Positions 1 to 10,157 are shown, numbered from the stretch's first letter. The stretch: DNA of 64,000 nt from Eledone cirrhosa (GCA_964016885.1 OZ024750.1:40982001-41046000); one strand, 5' to 3'. Notes: generated from the letters alone by a model not told the origin. Numbers and translations are program-made.

Positions 1-154
1 TGAAATTCCGTTATAACGAAATTCACAGGGTATATAAAAAAAATTTCATTGTAACAAAAAATTCTTTATAATGAGATCGATCGTTTGTTATTACCTCAAG
101 GAATGAAAAAAATTTTGTTATACTGAAAATTTCATTATAAGGGAATTTTACTTG
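1..154. mobile_element. Right part of a degenerate pogo/Tigger-like MITE, cut by the window start
   Basis: Repeated TT(C/T)(G/A)TTATAA-type motifs (e.g. TTCCGTTATAACGAA at 5-19) and an end ATAAGGGAATTTTACTTG followed by TA, resembling the ...ATAACGAGGTTTTACTG|TA end of pogo-type MITEs. The partner TIR is not in the window. Confidence 0.35.
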
Positions 155-156
155 TA

Positions 157-404
157 TGGGGTGAGCATAAAGTCTTTCCTTGATTATAAACCTTTATTAA
201 GTAACACAAACAAGACAGAAAAACAGTTTTTGGCCCACTTATGGCATGTCTAGAGGTTTGTTTCATTCACACCTGAATTTCAGTGAACTTTAACATGGGC
301 CCTCCTTGTCACTTGGAGTATATCTAAGTGATATTCAATTTCATGCCATGTGTTCTGAAGCAGATGGTATTTTATAATCAAGAAAAGTCTTTCTGCTCAC
401 CTTG
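157..404 (-). mobile_element. Internally deleted Tc1/mariner-superfamily element
   Basis: 34-bp imperfect TIRs with 6 mismatches (157-190 TGGGGTGAGCATAAAGTCTTTCCTTGATTATAAA versus the reverse complement of 371-404), flanked by TA at 155-156 and 405-406. Minus strand 360-280 translates LQNTWHEIEYHLDILQVTRRAHVKVH*, a typical Tc3/mariner-like transposase C-terminus. Confidence 0.8.
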
Positions 405-490
405 TATTAAATCAGGCCACTAGTATAAATGATCCTTGTAGCCATTGGTTTTTTAGTAAACTTAATAGTTACATGTCTGTAAAACAAATC

Positions 491-680
491 AATAATTGTT
501 TCTACTTTAGGCACAAGGCCAGCAAATATCCAGTACATTGCTGGTACTTTATTTTATCGACCCCGTAAGGATGAAAGGCAAAGTCAACCTCGGCAGGATT
601 TGAACTCAGATCGTAAAGGGACGTAACTATGCTGGAAAGCATGGCGTCCGACCCTCTACCGATACTGCCAATCCACCGCC
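491..680 (-). mobile_element. tRNA-derived SINE, family A, copy 1
   Basis: Reverse complement has an A-box-like TGGCAGTATCGG, a B-box GAGTTCAAATCC, a central ACTTTGCCTTTCATCCTTACGGGGTCGATAAAATAAAGTACCAG and a GGCCTTGTGCC…TAGAAA end. Closely similar copies occur at 5912 and 7724. Confidence 0.85.
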
Positions 681-759
681 ATTGACAAATAAATAATATA
701 TGTGCCTTACTCTCCTAAGGTGTGATCTACAATTTAATTAAAATATAGCAAGAGGGTCA

Positions 760-1007
760 TGCTAGTGCCATGATAAGCAGTACCTCATCTACCCTCTAGA
801 TGGCAGTGTGCTATGACAGGAAACACTGAGTCTATACTGTAAAGTGATTGTACTAGTGCCACTACAAAAAGCACCCAGTCCACACTGTGAGGTGACTGGT
901 GTCAGGAAAGACATCCAACCATAGAAAATCAAACCTAAAATGGAGTGTGTGAGCAAGGCATGATCACCTGACTTGCCTGGCCTCACACCATGACAGACTG
1001 TCTAACC
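760..1007 (+). mobile_element. Old RTE 3'-UTR or SINE-body fragment interrupted by the hAT MITE
   Basis: Contains AAAAAGCACCCAGTCCACACTGTGAGGTGACTGGTGTCAGGAAAGACATCCAACCATAGAAAA, a diverged match to the module at 7177-7295 and in the LINE 3'-UTR. A GATGATG tail remnant follows the MITE at about 2256-2262. Confidence 0.6.
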
Positions 1008-2245
1008 CAGGCATGTCAAACATGCGGCCCTTTACAAGCTCACCTGCGGCCCGCACAAAGGTTTTTACAACAGGAGCATATTTTATCTTCGTGATATAAA
1101 ATTAAAAAAATTGTTGTAATGTGTGCAATTAGTTGTTTTATGTGGCCCTCAGACAACACATATGTGACTCATGTGGCCCTCAGACAACACATATGTGACT
1201 CATGTGGCCCTCAGACAACACATATGTGACTCATGTGGTCCTCAGACAACACATATGTGACACATGTGGCCCTCAGACAACACATATGTGACTCATGTGG
1301 CCCTCAGACAACACATATGTGACACATGTGGCCCTCAGACAACACATATGTGACTCATGTGGTCCTCAGACAACACATATGTGACCCATGTGGCCCTCAG
1401 ACAACACATATGTGACTCATGTAGCTCTCAGACAACACATATGTGACACATGTGGCCCTCAGACAACACATATGTGACACATGTGGCCCTCAGACAACAC
1501 ATATGTGACCCACGTGGCCCTCAGACAACACAAGTGACCCATGTAGCCCTCAGACAACACATATGTGACTCATGTGGCCCTCAGACAACACATATGTGAC
1601 ACATGTGGCCCTCAGACAACACATATGTGACTCATGTGGCCCTCAGACAACACATATGTGACACATGTGGCCCTCAGACAACACATATGTGACTCATGTG
1701 GTCCTCAGACAACACATATGTGACCCATGTGGCCCTCAGACAACACATATGTGACTCATGTAGCTCTCAGACAACACATATGTGACACATGTGGCCCTCA
1801 GACAACACATATGTGATACATGTGGCCCTCAGACAACACATATGTGACCCATGTGGCCCTCAGACAACACATGTGACCCATGTAGCCCTCAGACAACACA
1901 TATGTGACTCATGTGGCCCTCAGACAACACATGTGATCCATGTGGCCCTCAGACAACACATATGTGACACATGTGGCCCTCAGACAACACATATGTGACA
2001 CATGTGGCCCTCAGACAACACATATGTGACACATGTGGCCCTCAGACAACACATATGTGACTCATGTGGCCCTCAGACAACACATATGTGGCCCTCAGAC
2101 AACACATATGTGACCCATGTGGCCCTCAGACAACACATATGTGATCCATGTGGCCCTCAGACAACACATATGTGACTCATGTGGCCCTCAGACAACACAT
2201 ATGTGACCCATGTGGCCCTCGGAAGACCCTCATTTGACATGCCTG
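1008..2245. mobile_element. hAT-superfamily MITE inflated by an internal minisatellite
   Basis: Perfect 13-bp TIRs CAGGCATGTCAAA (1008-1020) and TTTGACATGCCTG (2233-2245). 8-bp TSD GTCTAACC (1000-1007) / GTCTAAAC (2246-2253), 7 of 8 identical. Subterminal TGCGGCCC/TGTGGCCC motifs. Confidence 0.85.
1140..2220. repeat. 31-bp minisatellite, about 35 copies (TGTGGCCCTCAGACAACACATATGTGACTCA)
   Basis: Direct tandem repetition; each unit contains the palindrome CACATATGTG; a few units are shortened. Confidence 0.97.
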
Positions 2246-2304
2246 GTCTAAACGGTGATGATGTTTATCATCATCATCATGACAAACTCTACATTATTAT
2301 AGAC

Positions 2305-2535
2305 CAGTGGTTCCCAAATTTGGCCTCCATGAAAAGGTTTTGAGCTTTCTATGCCATAAGATATCTTTTAATAAAACTTTAATAAAATTTCATAAAACTT
2401 CATAAATATTTATATATGAATACATTCTCTCTGTAAAACAATTTAATGTCCAATTAAAATTTGGGCAGTAGTAGTGAGAATTGTTTCTAGAATATAGTAA
2501 TTGGTTGTGAGAGGAAATAATGTTGGGAACCACTG
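2305..2535. mobile_element. hAT-like MITE; the true right end may instead be 3750
   Basis: TIR CAGTGGTTCCCAA (2305-2317) pairs with TTGGGAACCACTG (2523-2535). A second right-TIR copy TTGGGAACCACTA at 3738-3750 has a flank (CTATAGAA) that better matches the left flank TTATAGAC. Confidence 0.55.
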
Positions 2536-2565
2536 TCTAGAGAATTAATGAAATAAGTCTCAACA

Positions 2566-2984
2566 TCATGGGCAGCAACTGCAGAGGATATGCGACGGCT
2601 GGAGAGAAATGAGGCAAGCATGCTCCGTTGGATGTGCAGTGTAAATGTGTGTGAACGACCAAGCATGAATGTGTTGAGAGAGAAACTGTGTCTGAGAAGG
2701 ATAGAATGTAGTGTACAGGAGAGGAGACTGAGGTGGTATGGACATGTGATGCGCATGGAGGATGACCGATGGGTGAAGAAGTGCCAGGAATTGCCAGTTG
2801 AAGGAAGACGTGGTAGAGGTAGACCACGAAAAACATGGGCGGAGGTGGTGAGAACAGACCTCAGATCATTGAAGCTCACGGTGGAGATGACGAGGGACCG
2901 TGACGAGTGGAGAGATGCTGTGCTGAATAAGACCCGTCCCACCCTTGCAAGCAGGGAAAAGCGGACGTAAAATGATGATGATGA
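2566..2984 (+). mobile_element. 5'-truncated RTE-clade LINE: C-terminus of the RT ORF plus (TGA)n tail
   Basis: ORF 2590-2970 (RRLERNEASMLRWMC…ERRLRWYGHVMRM…GRGRPRKTWAEVVRTDL…) is clearly homologous to the C-terminus of the 1084-aa ORF and ends directly in GGACGTAAAA(TGA)4. Confidence 0.92.
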
Positions 2985-3419
2985 TATATATACTATTGTA
3001 TTTTAGTGGTAAAGGCTTTTAGGTGGCCGATGGTCTTCAGTCATCCCGTCTAATTGGATATGGTATACTGGCACATAGTCAAACAAGGAAGAAGGAACAT
3101 ACCTCAATTTTATGTTATAAAAACATTTTTTAATAGGAGCAATTACAGAATATATTCAAATACATTAGTGCTCCTAGGTTGGGATATATTTAAGTCGTCG
3201 TATACTGCCGCATGGTGTGATGTCATCCTTTGGATCACTGCATGTAGATAACACGATAGAGATAGCACATCTATTTTTCCCGAGATCATCGTTTAATAAA
3301 TATTGTTTCAGCTACTGACGTCAGAACGTGACATCAGAACTAAGGGCAGTTAATTGACTGCCTTCACAGTCGACGCTAGATGGCGTGATCTACTACAGGC
3401 TTTACCTCACATATCTCAC

Positions 3420-3695
3420 AAAACATTTACATTACTCTATATATACTATTGTATTTTCACAGTAAAGGGTTTACCTCACATAATATCTCACATAACATTT
3501 ACATTACTCTATATATACTATTGTATTTTCATGGTAAACACTTTATCTCACATAATATCAAATCTACGATATTTTGATATTATATATTTTGAGAACAATA
3601 CCTTAACATAAGTATGAGCAGCTGGTTATGGCTGGTTTGAACAGAGAGAGGTGAGAGAATTCTGAATGGATATGGCTGGTTTAAATGCAAAAGGG
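3420..3695 (-). mobile_element. piggyBac-like non-autonomous element, inverted copy of 4264-4480 with a rearranged left end
   Basis: Reverse-complement similarity to 4264-4480; ends TAAATGCAAAAGGG|TTAA (TTAA at 3696-3699). A block of about 70 bp is duplicated across 3400-3545. Confidence 0.6.
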
Positions 3696-3856
3696 TTAAA
3701 GTTACAAATTGCCCTCCTGTGGGGTGTGTGCCCCATGTTGGGAACCACTACTATAGAAAGAGTAGAACTAGGTTATACACGTGTGATACAGAAGTTCTCT
3801 TTCAATACTATCAACACACTAGTTAACTAACTGTAATATATACCTAAGTAACATAA

Positions 3857-3964
3857 CGTGGTTGAGTGGTTAGAAAATTGGATTCACAATCATGAGATTG
3901 TGAGTTCAATTCACATACCATGTGATGTGTTATGTCCTTGAGCAAGACATTTTATTTAACATTG
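3857..3964 (+). mobile_element. Degenerate head of SINE family B
   Basis: A-box TGGTTGAGTGG, B-box GAGTTCAATTC and TCCTTGAGCAAGACATTTTATTT, matching 6981-7090. Confidence 0.7.
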
Positions 3965-4263
3965 GTCTTTCTGCCAGAAGTTGCCACTGGTAGATAGTAT
4001 CTGCAATGGAAACATTGTTTCCTCGGTCCAATTTGATGAGTTGCACCCTACTCAGTAAGCAAATGAAGTCTGGGATCTTGTCGCTAGATTTAGATAAAAA
4101 CATGGCTGTTCATCTTCACTATACTGCCATAGACAGAAGTTAAAAGGAAACAATTGACCAATTCTCATCTTCATATTTTACATCATCCAAGAAGTCATGT
4201 TTACATTAATAAAGTCAACATTTACAGGAATAAAACTAATACATTTTTCTACAGTTCTCTTAA

Positions 4264-4480
4264 CCCTTTAGCATTTAAACCAGCCATACACAGCCAGAAT
4301 TCTCTCACCGCTTTCTGTTCAAATTGACTGTAACTAGCCACTCATACTGATGTTAAGGTATTGTTCTCAAAATAAATAATATCCAAATCTCAGATTCAAT
4401 ATTATGTGAGGTAATTATGGGATAAAATGTTTACCACGAAAATACAATAGTAAATATAGAGCAATGTAAATGCTAAAAGG
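4264..4480 (+). mobile_element. piggyBac-like MITE
   Basis: TTAA on both sides (4260-4263 and 4481-4484); 14-bp TIR CCCTTTAGCATTTA / TAAATGCTAAAAGG with 1 mismatch. Confidence 0.75.
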
Positions 4481-4569
4481 TTAAATTTGATACCAAACTA
4501 CCTGAAACTATCTCTTCCCTCTCCCCCAGTTTTAGTGCTATGGTGCAAGCTGTTTGTTATAAAGTGTTT

Positions 4570-5565
4570 ATCATTATCATCATCATAATCATCTCTCTTT
4601 AACATCTATTTTTCCACACTAGCATGAGTTAAACGAATTGTCCCATTGTGAGACAAGTCAGGTGACCATGTCTTCCTCATACAGATCTGATTTTGGCTTG
4701 GTTTCTACAGCTGGATTCCCTTCCTAACACCAACTAATTTTACAGTGTGGACTGGATGCTTTTTGTCATGACACCTACATGACCACTTTACAGTGTGGAC
4801 TGGATGCTTTTTGTCATGACACCTACATGACCACTTTACAGTGTGGACTGGATGCTTTTTGTCATGACACCTACATGACCACTTTACAGTGTGGACTGGA
4901 TGTTTTTTGTCATGACACCTACATGACCACTTTACAGTGTGGACTGGATATTTTTTGTCATGACACCTACATGACCACTTTACAGTGTGAACTGGATGCT
5001 TTTTGTCATGACACCTACATGACCACTTTACAGTGTGGACTGGATATTTTTTGTCATGACACCTACATGACCACTTTACAGTGTGGACTGGATGCTTTTT
5101 GTCATGACACCTACATGACCACTTTACAGTGTGGACTGGATGTTTTTTGTCATGACACCTACATGACCACTTTACAGTGTGGACTGGATGCTTTTTGTCA
5201 TGACACCTACATGACCACTTTACAGTGTGGACTGGATGCTTTTTGTCATGACACCTACATGACCACTTTACAGTGTGGACTGGATGCTTTTTGTCATGAC
5301 ACCTACATGACCACTTTACAGTGTGGACTGGATGCTTTTTGTCATGACACCTACATGACCACTTTACAGTGTGGACTGGATGCTTTTTGTCATGACACCT
5401 ACATGACCACTTTACAGTGTGGACTGGATGCTTTTTGTCATGACACCTATATGACCACTTTACAGTGGAAAATTTTTTTCCCTTTTTTGCAGGTTCTATG
5501 GTCAGAAATCGTACCCATGATGTTATTGTAAGCCTAACACACTCGCCACTAGGCCAGCCACCTCC
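4570..5565 (-). mobile_element. SINE with an RTE-type tail and an expanded internal 48-bp module
   Basis: (TCA)n tail at 4570-4592, TTTCTACAGCTGGATTCCCTTCCTAACACCAAC at 4702-4734, a 48-bp array, and a degenerate tRNA-like head (reverse complement GGAGGTGGCTGGCCTAGTGG…GGTACGATTTC) at about 5500-5565. Confidence 0.7.
4739..5467. repeat. 48-bp minisatellite, about 15 copies (TTTACAGTGTGGACTGGATGCTTTTTGTCATGACACCTACATGACCAC)
   Basis: Near-identical tandem units; they explain the 288-aa and 250-aa repetitive ORFs. Confidence 0.97.
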
Positions 5566-5908
5566 ACACAATACTGTTGATTAGGTATCAAATCCACAAT
5601 GTTTTGATAAGTCCAACACACCACTAGGCCACCTCCCTCCACACTGTACTGTGACATTATGGTCATAAGTGCAACACCCTTACCACTAGGCCACCCACCT
5701 CCACACAATACTGTTGATTAGGTATCAAACCCATAATGTTATAATCATAAGTCCAACACACCACTAGGCCACCTCCCTCCACACTACTGTAATACATTGT
5801 ACTGTGACATTATGGTCATAATTCCAACACCCTCACCACTAAGCCACACACTTATGATCATAAGTCTTACACACCACTAGACACACCTCCACACTGTACT
5901 GTGACACA
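5512..5908 (-). repeat. Degenerate tandem array of SINE-head-like units, period about 137 bp
   Basis: CCACACAATACTGTTGATTAGGTATCAAA occurs at 5564 and 5701; CCACTAGGCC-like motifs (reverse complement A-box-like GGCCTAGTGG) recur about six times. Confidence 0.65.
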
Positions 5909-5911
5909 GTG

Positions 5912-6093
5912 TTGGCAGTATCGGTAGAGGGTCGGACGCTTTGCTTTGGCGCATAGAGTTACGGCCCTTGCCATTCCGAGTTCAAATCCCGCCGAGGTTA
6001 ACTTTGCCTTTCATCCTTATGGGGTCGATAAAATAAAGTACCAGTAATGTATTGGGTAATTGCTGGCCTTGTGCCAAAAGTAGAAATAATTAA
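5912..6093 (+). mobile_element. tRNA-derived SINE, family A, copy 2
   Basis: TTGGCAGTATCGGTAGAGGGTCGGAC…GAGTTCAAATCCCGCCGAGGTTAACTTTGCCTTTCATCC…GGCCTTGTGCCAAAAGTAGAAA. Confidence 0.85.
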
Positions 6094-6116
6094 TTAAGAA
6101 ATGTCCCTTTTTCCCA

Positions 6117-6765
6117 GGTTTCTGGTTGTTTACCTGCCATATTATTTACCTGTAGATATTCTGGTTGTTTACCTGCCATATTATTTACCTGTAGATACTC
6201 AGGTTGTTTACCTGCCATATTATTTACCTGTAGATTCTCTGGTTGTTTACCTGCCATATTATTTACCTGTAGATACTCTGGTTGTTTACCTGCCATATTA
6301 TTTACCTGTAGATTCTCTGGTTGTTTACCTGCCATATTATTTACCTGTAGATTCTCTGGTTGTTTACCTGCCATATTATTTACCTGTCGATTCTCTGGTT
6401 GTTTACCTGCCATATTATTTACCTGTAGATTCTCTGGTTGTTTACCTGCCATATTATTTACCTATAGTTTCTCTGGTTAGTTACCTGCCATATTATTTAC
6501 CTGTAGATACTCTGGTTGTTTACCTGCCATATTATTTACCTGTAGATTCTCTGGTTGTTTACCTGCCATATTATTTACCTGTAGATTCTCTGGTTGTTTA
6601 CCTGCCATATTATTTATCTGCAGTTTCTCTGGTTAGTTACCTGCCATATTATTTACCTGTAGATACTCTGGTTGTTTACCTGCCATATTATTTACCTGTA
6701 GATTCTCTGGTTGGTTACCTGCCATATTATTTACCTGTCGATTCTCCTGTTGTTTACCTGCCATA
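6117..6765. repeat. 39-bp minisatellite, about 16-17 copies (CTGGTTGTTTACCTGCCATATTATTTACCTGTAGATTCT)
   Basis: Tandem units built from two TT(G/A)TTTACCTG sub-repeats. No convincing sequence relationship to the large 39-bp satellite. Confidence 0.97.
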
Positions 6766-6977
6766 ATATTCTCAGGTAGATCATCTTATGTTATTCTAAT
6801 TATACTGTATTAATTGTGAACAGACTTAAACTAAACTGTTTCTTATCAAGTTAATTTTAAATTACTTTCAAATGGGAAATATTCATTAAGTTAATTATCA
6901 ATGTAGTTACATAATAATTAACATTTTCTCATTTTCTCCTACATTAAATACTCTGGAAAATCACTTCTATATATTCT

Positions 6978-7361
6978 GGAGGCACATGGCTTAGTGGAGC
7001 ATTGGCCTTGCAATCGAAAGGTTGTGAGTTCAATTCTCAGACCGCGTGATGTGTTGTTTCCTTGAGCAAGACACTTTATTTCACATTGCTCCAGTTTACT
7101 CAGCTGGAGAAATGAGGTGATAGGGACTGCGGTCCCTATCATTCCACTGCAAAGTGGTCGTGGAGGTGCCACGGCAAAAAAGCACCCAGCCCACACTGTA
7201 AAGTGGACGTGTAGGCGCCACCGAATAAAAAAAAATCACCCAGCACTCACTGTAAATGAGGTTGGTGTTAGGAAGGGCATCCAGCTGGAGAAATCAAGCC
7301 AGAATCAGTTCCCGTCCCACCGTTGCAAGCAGGGAAAAGCAGACGTAAAATGATGATGATG
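6978..7361 (+). mobile_element. Full-length tRNA-derived SINE, family B (CORE-like centre, RTE-derived tail), copy 1
   Basis: A-box TGGCTTAGTGG, B-box GAGTTCAATTC, CORE-like TCCTTGAGCAAGACACTTTATTTCAC, body GTTGGTGTTAGGAAGGGCATCCAGCTG and tail GCAAGCAGGGAAAAGCAGACGTAAAA(TGA)4. Candidate TSD ATTCT at 6973-6977 and 7362-7366. Confidence 0.88.
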
Positions 7362-7366
7362 ATTCT

Positions 7367-7630
7367 ACAGTCATGAAAATGTAGGTCTACATGTAGAAAT
7401 ATACCATTGTTAGTACAACAGTCTCTACTATAATATACACTTCTATATATTCTACAGTCATGAAAATGTAGGTCTACATGTAGAAATATACCATTGTTAG
7501 TACAACAGTCTATACTATAATATACACTTCTATATATTCTACAGTCATGATAATGTAGGTCTACATGTAGAAATATACCATTGTTAGTACAACAGTCTAT
7601 ACTATAATATACACTTTTATATATTCTACA
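7367..7630. repeat. 87-bp tandem repeat, 3 copies
   Basis: ACAGTCATGA starts at 7367, 7454 and 7541. The unit end CACTTCTATATATTCT also precedes the SINE at 6962-6977, so the SINE sits at a unit junction. Confidence 0.92.
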
Positions 7631-7723
7631 GGGCTATATACTCTAAATATAGAAATATGCCATTATATTGGTACAATAGATTGTGTAGAAGTATGTAGTC
7701 TACACTTCTATATACCATTATAT

Positions 7724-7906
7724 TTGGCAGTATCGGTAGAGAGTCGGACACCATACTTTGCGGCATAGAGTTACGGCCCTTTACGGTCTGAGTTCAAATC
7801 CCGTCGAGGTTAACTTTGCCTTTCATCCTAACGGGGGTTGATAAAATAAAGTACCAGTAATACACTGGGGTAATTGCTGGCCTTGTGCCGAAAGTAGAAA
7901 CAATTA
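7724..7906 (+). mobile_element. tRNA-derived SINE, family A, copy 3
   Basis: High similarity to 5912-6093 over its whole length. Confidence 0.85.
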
Positions 7907-7915
7907 TATATACTA

Positions 7916-8301
7916 CAGCTTGATGTATTCCACCGTCGTTACATTCGGACCATATTGAAAATTTCATGGAAAGACCAAGTTAGCAACAAGTAAGTGATGA
8001 GGAGGTCAGGATTGGAGAGGTTAAGGAACATTGTCCGGAAAAGGAGATGGCGGTTCGCGGGCCACATCCTTCGTTTGCCGGCAGATCGACCTGCTCATAT
8101 TGCCATGGATTGGGTACCAGAAGGTGGCAGGAGAGAACGGGGAAGACCACGAAAAACATGGCGGAGCACATTCAGGGAGGACCTGCGGGAGATGGGAATT
8201 ACCTGGAGAGGTGCTAGAAGGGCCGGCAGTGACAGGATCAAGTGGAGGAAACTCGTCGCCCAATGTTCCACAAGGGACTGGAGGAACTAAGAGACTAAGA
8301 G
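7916..8301 (+). mobile_element. 5'-truncated LINE of a second RTE-like family
   Basis: Frame reads QLDVFHRRYIRTILKISWKDQVSNK*VMRRSG…RRWRFAGHILR…GRRERGRPRKTWR…, with an internal stop at 7991-7993. Tail (ACTAAGAG)2; candidate TSD ATACTA at 7910-7915 and 8302-8307. Confidence 0.85.
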
Positions 8302-8388
8302 ATACTAACTCTACTCCTATCATATCTCGTTTCTGTTGCTAGTCTCACTAGGTTTACTAATAGTAGAATACAATTTCACATGACTGAT

Positions 8389-8614
8389 ATTGTTGTTGTT
8401 GTTGTTGTTGTCCTCGTCGTCGTCGTCGTTGTTGTCCTCGTCGTCGTCGTCGTCGTCGTTGTCCTCGTCGTCGTTGTCCTCGTCGTCGTCGTCGTCGTTG
8501 TCGTCGTTGTCGTTGTCGTCGTCGTCGTTGTCGTCGTCGTTGTCCTCGTCGTCGTTGTCGTCGTCGTTGTCCTCGTCGTCGTTGTCCTCGTCGTCGTTGT
8601 CGTCGTCGTCGTCG

Positions 8615-8646
<32 letters not shown>

Positions 8647-8716
8647 GTTGTCGTTGTCCTCGTCGTCGTCGTCGTTGTCGTCGTCGTCGTTGTCGTCGTC
8701 GTCGTCGTCGTTGTCG

Positions 8717-8747
<31 letters not shown>

Positions 8748-9655
8748 TGTCCTCGTCGTCGTCGTCGTTGTCGTCGTCGTCGTCGTTGTCGTCGTCGTTG
8801 TCCTCCTCGTCGTCGTCGTCGTCGTTGTCGTTGTCCTCGTCGTCGTTGTCGTCGTCGTCGTCGTCGTCGTTGTCGTCGTTGTCGTTGTCCTCGTCGTCGT
8901 TGTCGTCGTCGTCGTCGTTGTCGTCGTCGTTGTCCTCGTCGTCGTCGTCGTTGTCGTCGTCGTCGTCGTCGTTGTCGTCGTCGTCGTTGTCGTCGTCGTC
9001 GTTGTCATCGTCGTTGTCGTCGTTGTCGTTGTCGTCGTCGTCGTTGTCATCGTCGTTGTCGTCGTTGTCGTTGTCGTCGTCGTCGTTGTCGTCGTCGTTG
9101 TCGTCGTCATCGTTGTCGTCGTCGTCGTCGTTGTCGTCGTCGTCGTCGTTGTCGTCGTCGTTGTCGTCGTCATCGTTGTCGTCGTCGTCATCGTTGTCGT
9201 CGTCGTCGTCGTTGTCCTCGTCGTTGTCGTCCTCGTCGTTGTCGTCGTCGTTGTCGTCCTCGTCGTTGTCGTCGTCGTTGTCCTCGTCGTCGTTGTCGTC
9301 GTCGTCGTCCTCGTCGTTGTCGTCGTCATCGTTGTCCTCGTCGTCGTTGTCGTCGTCGTCGTCGTTGTCGTCGTCGTCGTCGTTGTCGTCGTCGTCGTCG
9401 TTGTCGTCGTCGTTGTCGTCGTCGTCGTTGTCGTCGTCGTCGTTGTCGTCGTCGTCGTTGTCATCGTCGTTGTCGTCGTCGTCGTTGTCGTCGTCGTCGT
9501 CGTCGTTGTCCTCGTCGTCGTCGTTGTCGTCGTCGTTGTCGTCGTTGTCCTCGTCGTCGTCGTTGTCGTCGTCGTTGTCGTCATTGTTGTCGTCATCGTT
9601 GTCGTCATCGTTGTCGTCATCGTCGTCATCGTTATCGTCATCGTCGTTGTCGTAG
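8389..9655. repeat. Compound (GTC/GTT)n trinucleotide microsatellite, about 1.27 kb
   Basis: Unbroken 3-bp phase with recurring CTC and ATC interruptions; source of the poly-T, poly-V and poly-S ORFs. Confidence 0.98.
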
Positions 9656-9814
9656 TTTAAGCTCTGAAGTAAGACTTTGAAACTTAATGACCTCAGAATG
9701 ATAAAGTTGTTTGAAGAGAAGAACTAAGTAAAACTTTAAATTTCCACTGAGACTAACTTAAAAGTCACACTAGCTTATAACTAAATTTGGATATTTCTGA
9801 TAATGAATCTATCT

Positions 9815-10102
9815 TCCACCCTCTCCCATCTCTCTCTCCTCTCTCTCCCTCTTTCGTTCTCTCTCTCTCCCTCCTTTCTCTCTTTCTTTCTCCCTCTCTC
9901 TCTCTCCTCTCTCTTTTTCCCTCTCTCTCCCTCCTCTTTCTTGCTCTCTCTATCTCTTTCTGTCTATCTCTTTCTTTCTCCCTCTCTCTCCCCCTCTCTC
10001 TCCCTCCTCTTTCTTGCTCTCTCTATCCCCCCCTTCTCTCTCTCTCACTGTATATACAATGCAGAGACATAATAAATCTATCTTAAACCATATACACATG
10101 GT

Positions 10103-10142
<40 letters not shown>

Positions 10143-10157
10143 ATATATATATATATA
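9815..10157. repeat. CT-rich low-complexity tract followed by (TA)n
   Basis: Imperfect (CT)n at 9815-10047 and (TA)n at about 10107-10157. Confidence 0.9.

Noticed and set aside
793-806. CTCF-like motif CCTCTAGATGGCAG, with a similar one at 3373-3386
   Set aside because: Short degenerate matches inside repeat-derived or unexplained sequence, with no supporting evidence.
5470-5535. Possible 35-nt host exon (polypyrimidine-GCAG … GTAAGC)
   Set aside because: The segment aligns with the neighbouring SINE-head repeats and gives no recognisable peptide. RNA-seq would be needed to call it.
4705-5571. Cys/His-rich 16-aa repeat protein
   Set aside because: It is the translation of the 48-bp SINE-derived minisatellite.
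6117-6765. Common origin of the small 39-bp array and the giant 39-bp satellite
   Set aside because: Only the period and a few short words (TGGCAG, GGTAA, AACC) are shared; there is no collinear alignment on either strand.
491-7906. tRNA genes at the A/B-box-containing sequences
   Set aside because: No complete cloverleaf is evident; each runs into a SINE body that is multi-copy in the window.
8376-9660. Mucin-like poly-Thr, poly-Ser or poly-Val proteins
   Set aside because: These are three frames of a trinucleotide microsatellite with no flanking coding context.
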